A stretch of DNA of 64,000 nt, from contig CDRNVI010000054.1 in the NCBI GenBank assembly GCA_977017575.1, positions 248,001 through 312,000 of the forward strand. Direction: 5' to 3'. Both the position numbers and the translations under genes were made by a program. Below, piece after piece: positions 62,368 to 64,000 of this stretch (within the stretch, counting starts at the first letter, position 1; the number at the start of each line of letters is the position of its first letter). The stretch comes from Paramoeba atlantica (lineage: Eukaryota > Protista > Discosea). The notes under the pieces were generated by a model. The model searched no databases, was not told the origin of the DNA, and saw nothing but the letters and a program-made list of their open reading frames with translations.

Positions 62368-64000
62368 ATGATTCTGCTGTACTCTTGCGCTGAGGAAGAG
62401 CCACGAATTTCACGCTGTGGGAAAGTCTCACGCGCAACGCTACCTCCGGAGTTTTACTTATTTCGTATGGTTAAAGATCTGCTAAACACTCCGATTGAAT
62501 GGAGGGACGAAATCCCAGCCAGCGAATGGCCTGGTGTACATTTAGACCCATCCGGCGAAGTGACTGCGATTCAATGGAACGCTCTTGAGCTGCGCGGCCC
62601 GATGCATTGGGAAAATACCCCTGCTTCTTTGATTTTTTTTGAATGCGGAGGGCATCGTACTCAGTGTAACTATCTGACCGGGGAACTTCAATTGGAGAGT
62701 CTTTCTCAGGGATTAACAAAGTTGGTTAAACTGAACCAATATTCGCAAATTTATGAATTTTCAAAATTTCACGTCCCTTTTTGCTTACACTTTAAACTTT
62801 TCTCCACTTAAACTTGATTACTTCTTACAAATGGAGGCATACGCAGTGCTCCTTCAAATTTTGTAAGACTTGAAGCAGTGTATCACCCCCATTGCACTTC
62901 AAACTTCCGGTACATACCTCTGCGTATGCTTGTATTCGATCCCCCCTCTTCTCCAACTTTCGACCTAGAACATTGCCGTCCCGCTTTAGACGCTTCTTGA
63001 CCATGGAGTTCGCGCACTCCACAGTATTAGTGTGCACACCTTCATTCGTAACCCACTGTCTCTTGTGGTTTACACTTTCCCACTTATATTTGCCGCGGAG
63101 AGACAAATTATGGCGGGCACCATCAGTCCAAATTTTTGTACGACTTCCCGAAGCTAGATTCTGGATGTTCGGAAGAAGGCTCTGAGATGTTCGATTTGGA
63201 ACAGCTTCCATGAGAATTTCAGATAATTTGTTGTCCCTCGTTGTGACCGCTATCGTCTGAGCAATTTGATTACCATCTTGGCGAACACGTTTTGCTCGAT
63301 GGCAACCGCCCCTCTTTCGGACAGAAAAAAAAGTTTCATCGCATTGCATGGTGGTCACCTTGGATCGCAGTCGAACTCGTCGGCGTATATGCGTTGTGGC
63401 CATGAGGGAATCCAGCCATTGACGCAATTTAATCACCGTTTTTTCGCTTAACTCCGTTTCCGCCACTGAAGACGCATGGCGCCCACCCCTAGAGTACAAA
63501 ACGATGTACAGGAGAGTCTGTTTAGCACTTCGCTGGCTCTTGCTGGGCAACAGCGGCCCCATAGCTCCGTACCTCCCTTTACAATGCTTGGGGCAGACCC
63601 ATTTATTCCCGACTAATGCCATGGTGTGCGGAGCTCTGTGATTTTTCTTGTAGCAAATAACTTTCTGCGCCACTAGAGAGTGGTTTTTCATCCAGTCCAG
63701 ACATTGATTCTCACTCCAGGAAGAAATTCTTCTGATCGTAAGTTTCGAACGGCACGAGAACCCACCGCACCCAGTGCACGTCATTAAAAGGTGAGAAGAG
63801 CAATAAACAAGTACTAATGGATTCAAAAAACACAATGCTTATATAAAATTAATGTGCAGAACCATGATTCAGAATAAAAGAAAGGAGCGATAAAACGTTC
63901 AGGTAAAAATTTTGCCAGATTGAGAAAAGTGCGAATATTGGTTCAGTTTCACCACAAAGTTGGACCTTTCCAAGAACGAGCTGCGCGGTGAAGTGGAGAC
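62368..64000 (+). pseudogene. LRR protein (family member 5) split by Merlin 3; continues past the window end
   Basis: LPPEFYL, SEWPGV cap; removing the insertion gives LESLSQGLTKLDLSKNELRGEVE, a perfect LRR. Confidence 0.85.
62724..63954 (-). mobile_element. Apparently intact Merlin/IS1595-family transposon 3 (1231 bp); transposase 62825-63784 from first ATG
   Basis: TIRs GGT(T/GG)AAACTGAACCAATATTCGCA, perfect 8-bp TSD ACAAAGTT (62716-23 and 63955-62); uninterrupted ORF with CDETFF, WTDG, VNH...HTNTVE and Cys/His-rich N-terminus. Confidence 0.92.

Noticed and set aside
27695-63954. Bacterial contamination or chimera suggested by IS1595-like transposases
   Set aside because: They are integrated with TSDs into eukaryotic genes and TEs, consistent with the eukaryotic Merlin superfamily.
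1-64000. Fanzor/TnpB or HUH/Helitron gene associated with the hairpin-ended elements
   Set aside because: No RuvC plus zinc-finger motif set, and no HUH or helicase motifs, recognised in any listed ORF; only a profile search could exclude highly decayed remnants.

Overview
Eukaryotic nuclear DNA with no introns evident. Every intact cellular gene lies on the + strand: UTP15 (5'-truncated), a Pumilio/PUF protein, glycerol-3-phosphate acyltransferase, a frameshifted PPR-like protein, Tipin/Csm3, symplekin, FAN1, CDC45, SUV3, SPT6, an NPSN-like SNARE and five paralogous LRR genes. This polycistron-like layout, plus CRE/SLACS-like and DIRS(VIPER/TATE)-like relics, suggests a kinetoplastid, possibly a Perkinsela-like early-branching one (inference only). 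The intergenic blocks (about 4.2-12.2, 25.2-31.1, 41.5-46.3 and 57.9-64 kb) are densely nested DNA transposons. Their TIRs and TSDs could be resolved by eye: Merlin/IS1595 (one apparently intact), Tc1, pogo, a hAT-like element, MITEs, a 95-bp TA-flanked palindrome family and an unassigned element with a 6-bp TSD. The most unusual non-annotated signal is a repeated, strand-symmetric C-rich to G-rich switch inside most long genes. It affects synonymous sites and often has a small AGT/ACT quasi-palindrome at the switch point. No tRNA, rRNA, SL RNA or CRISPR array was recognised.
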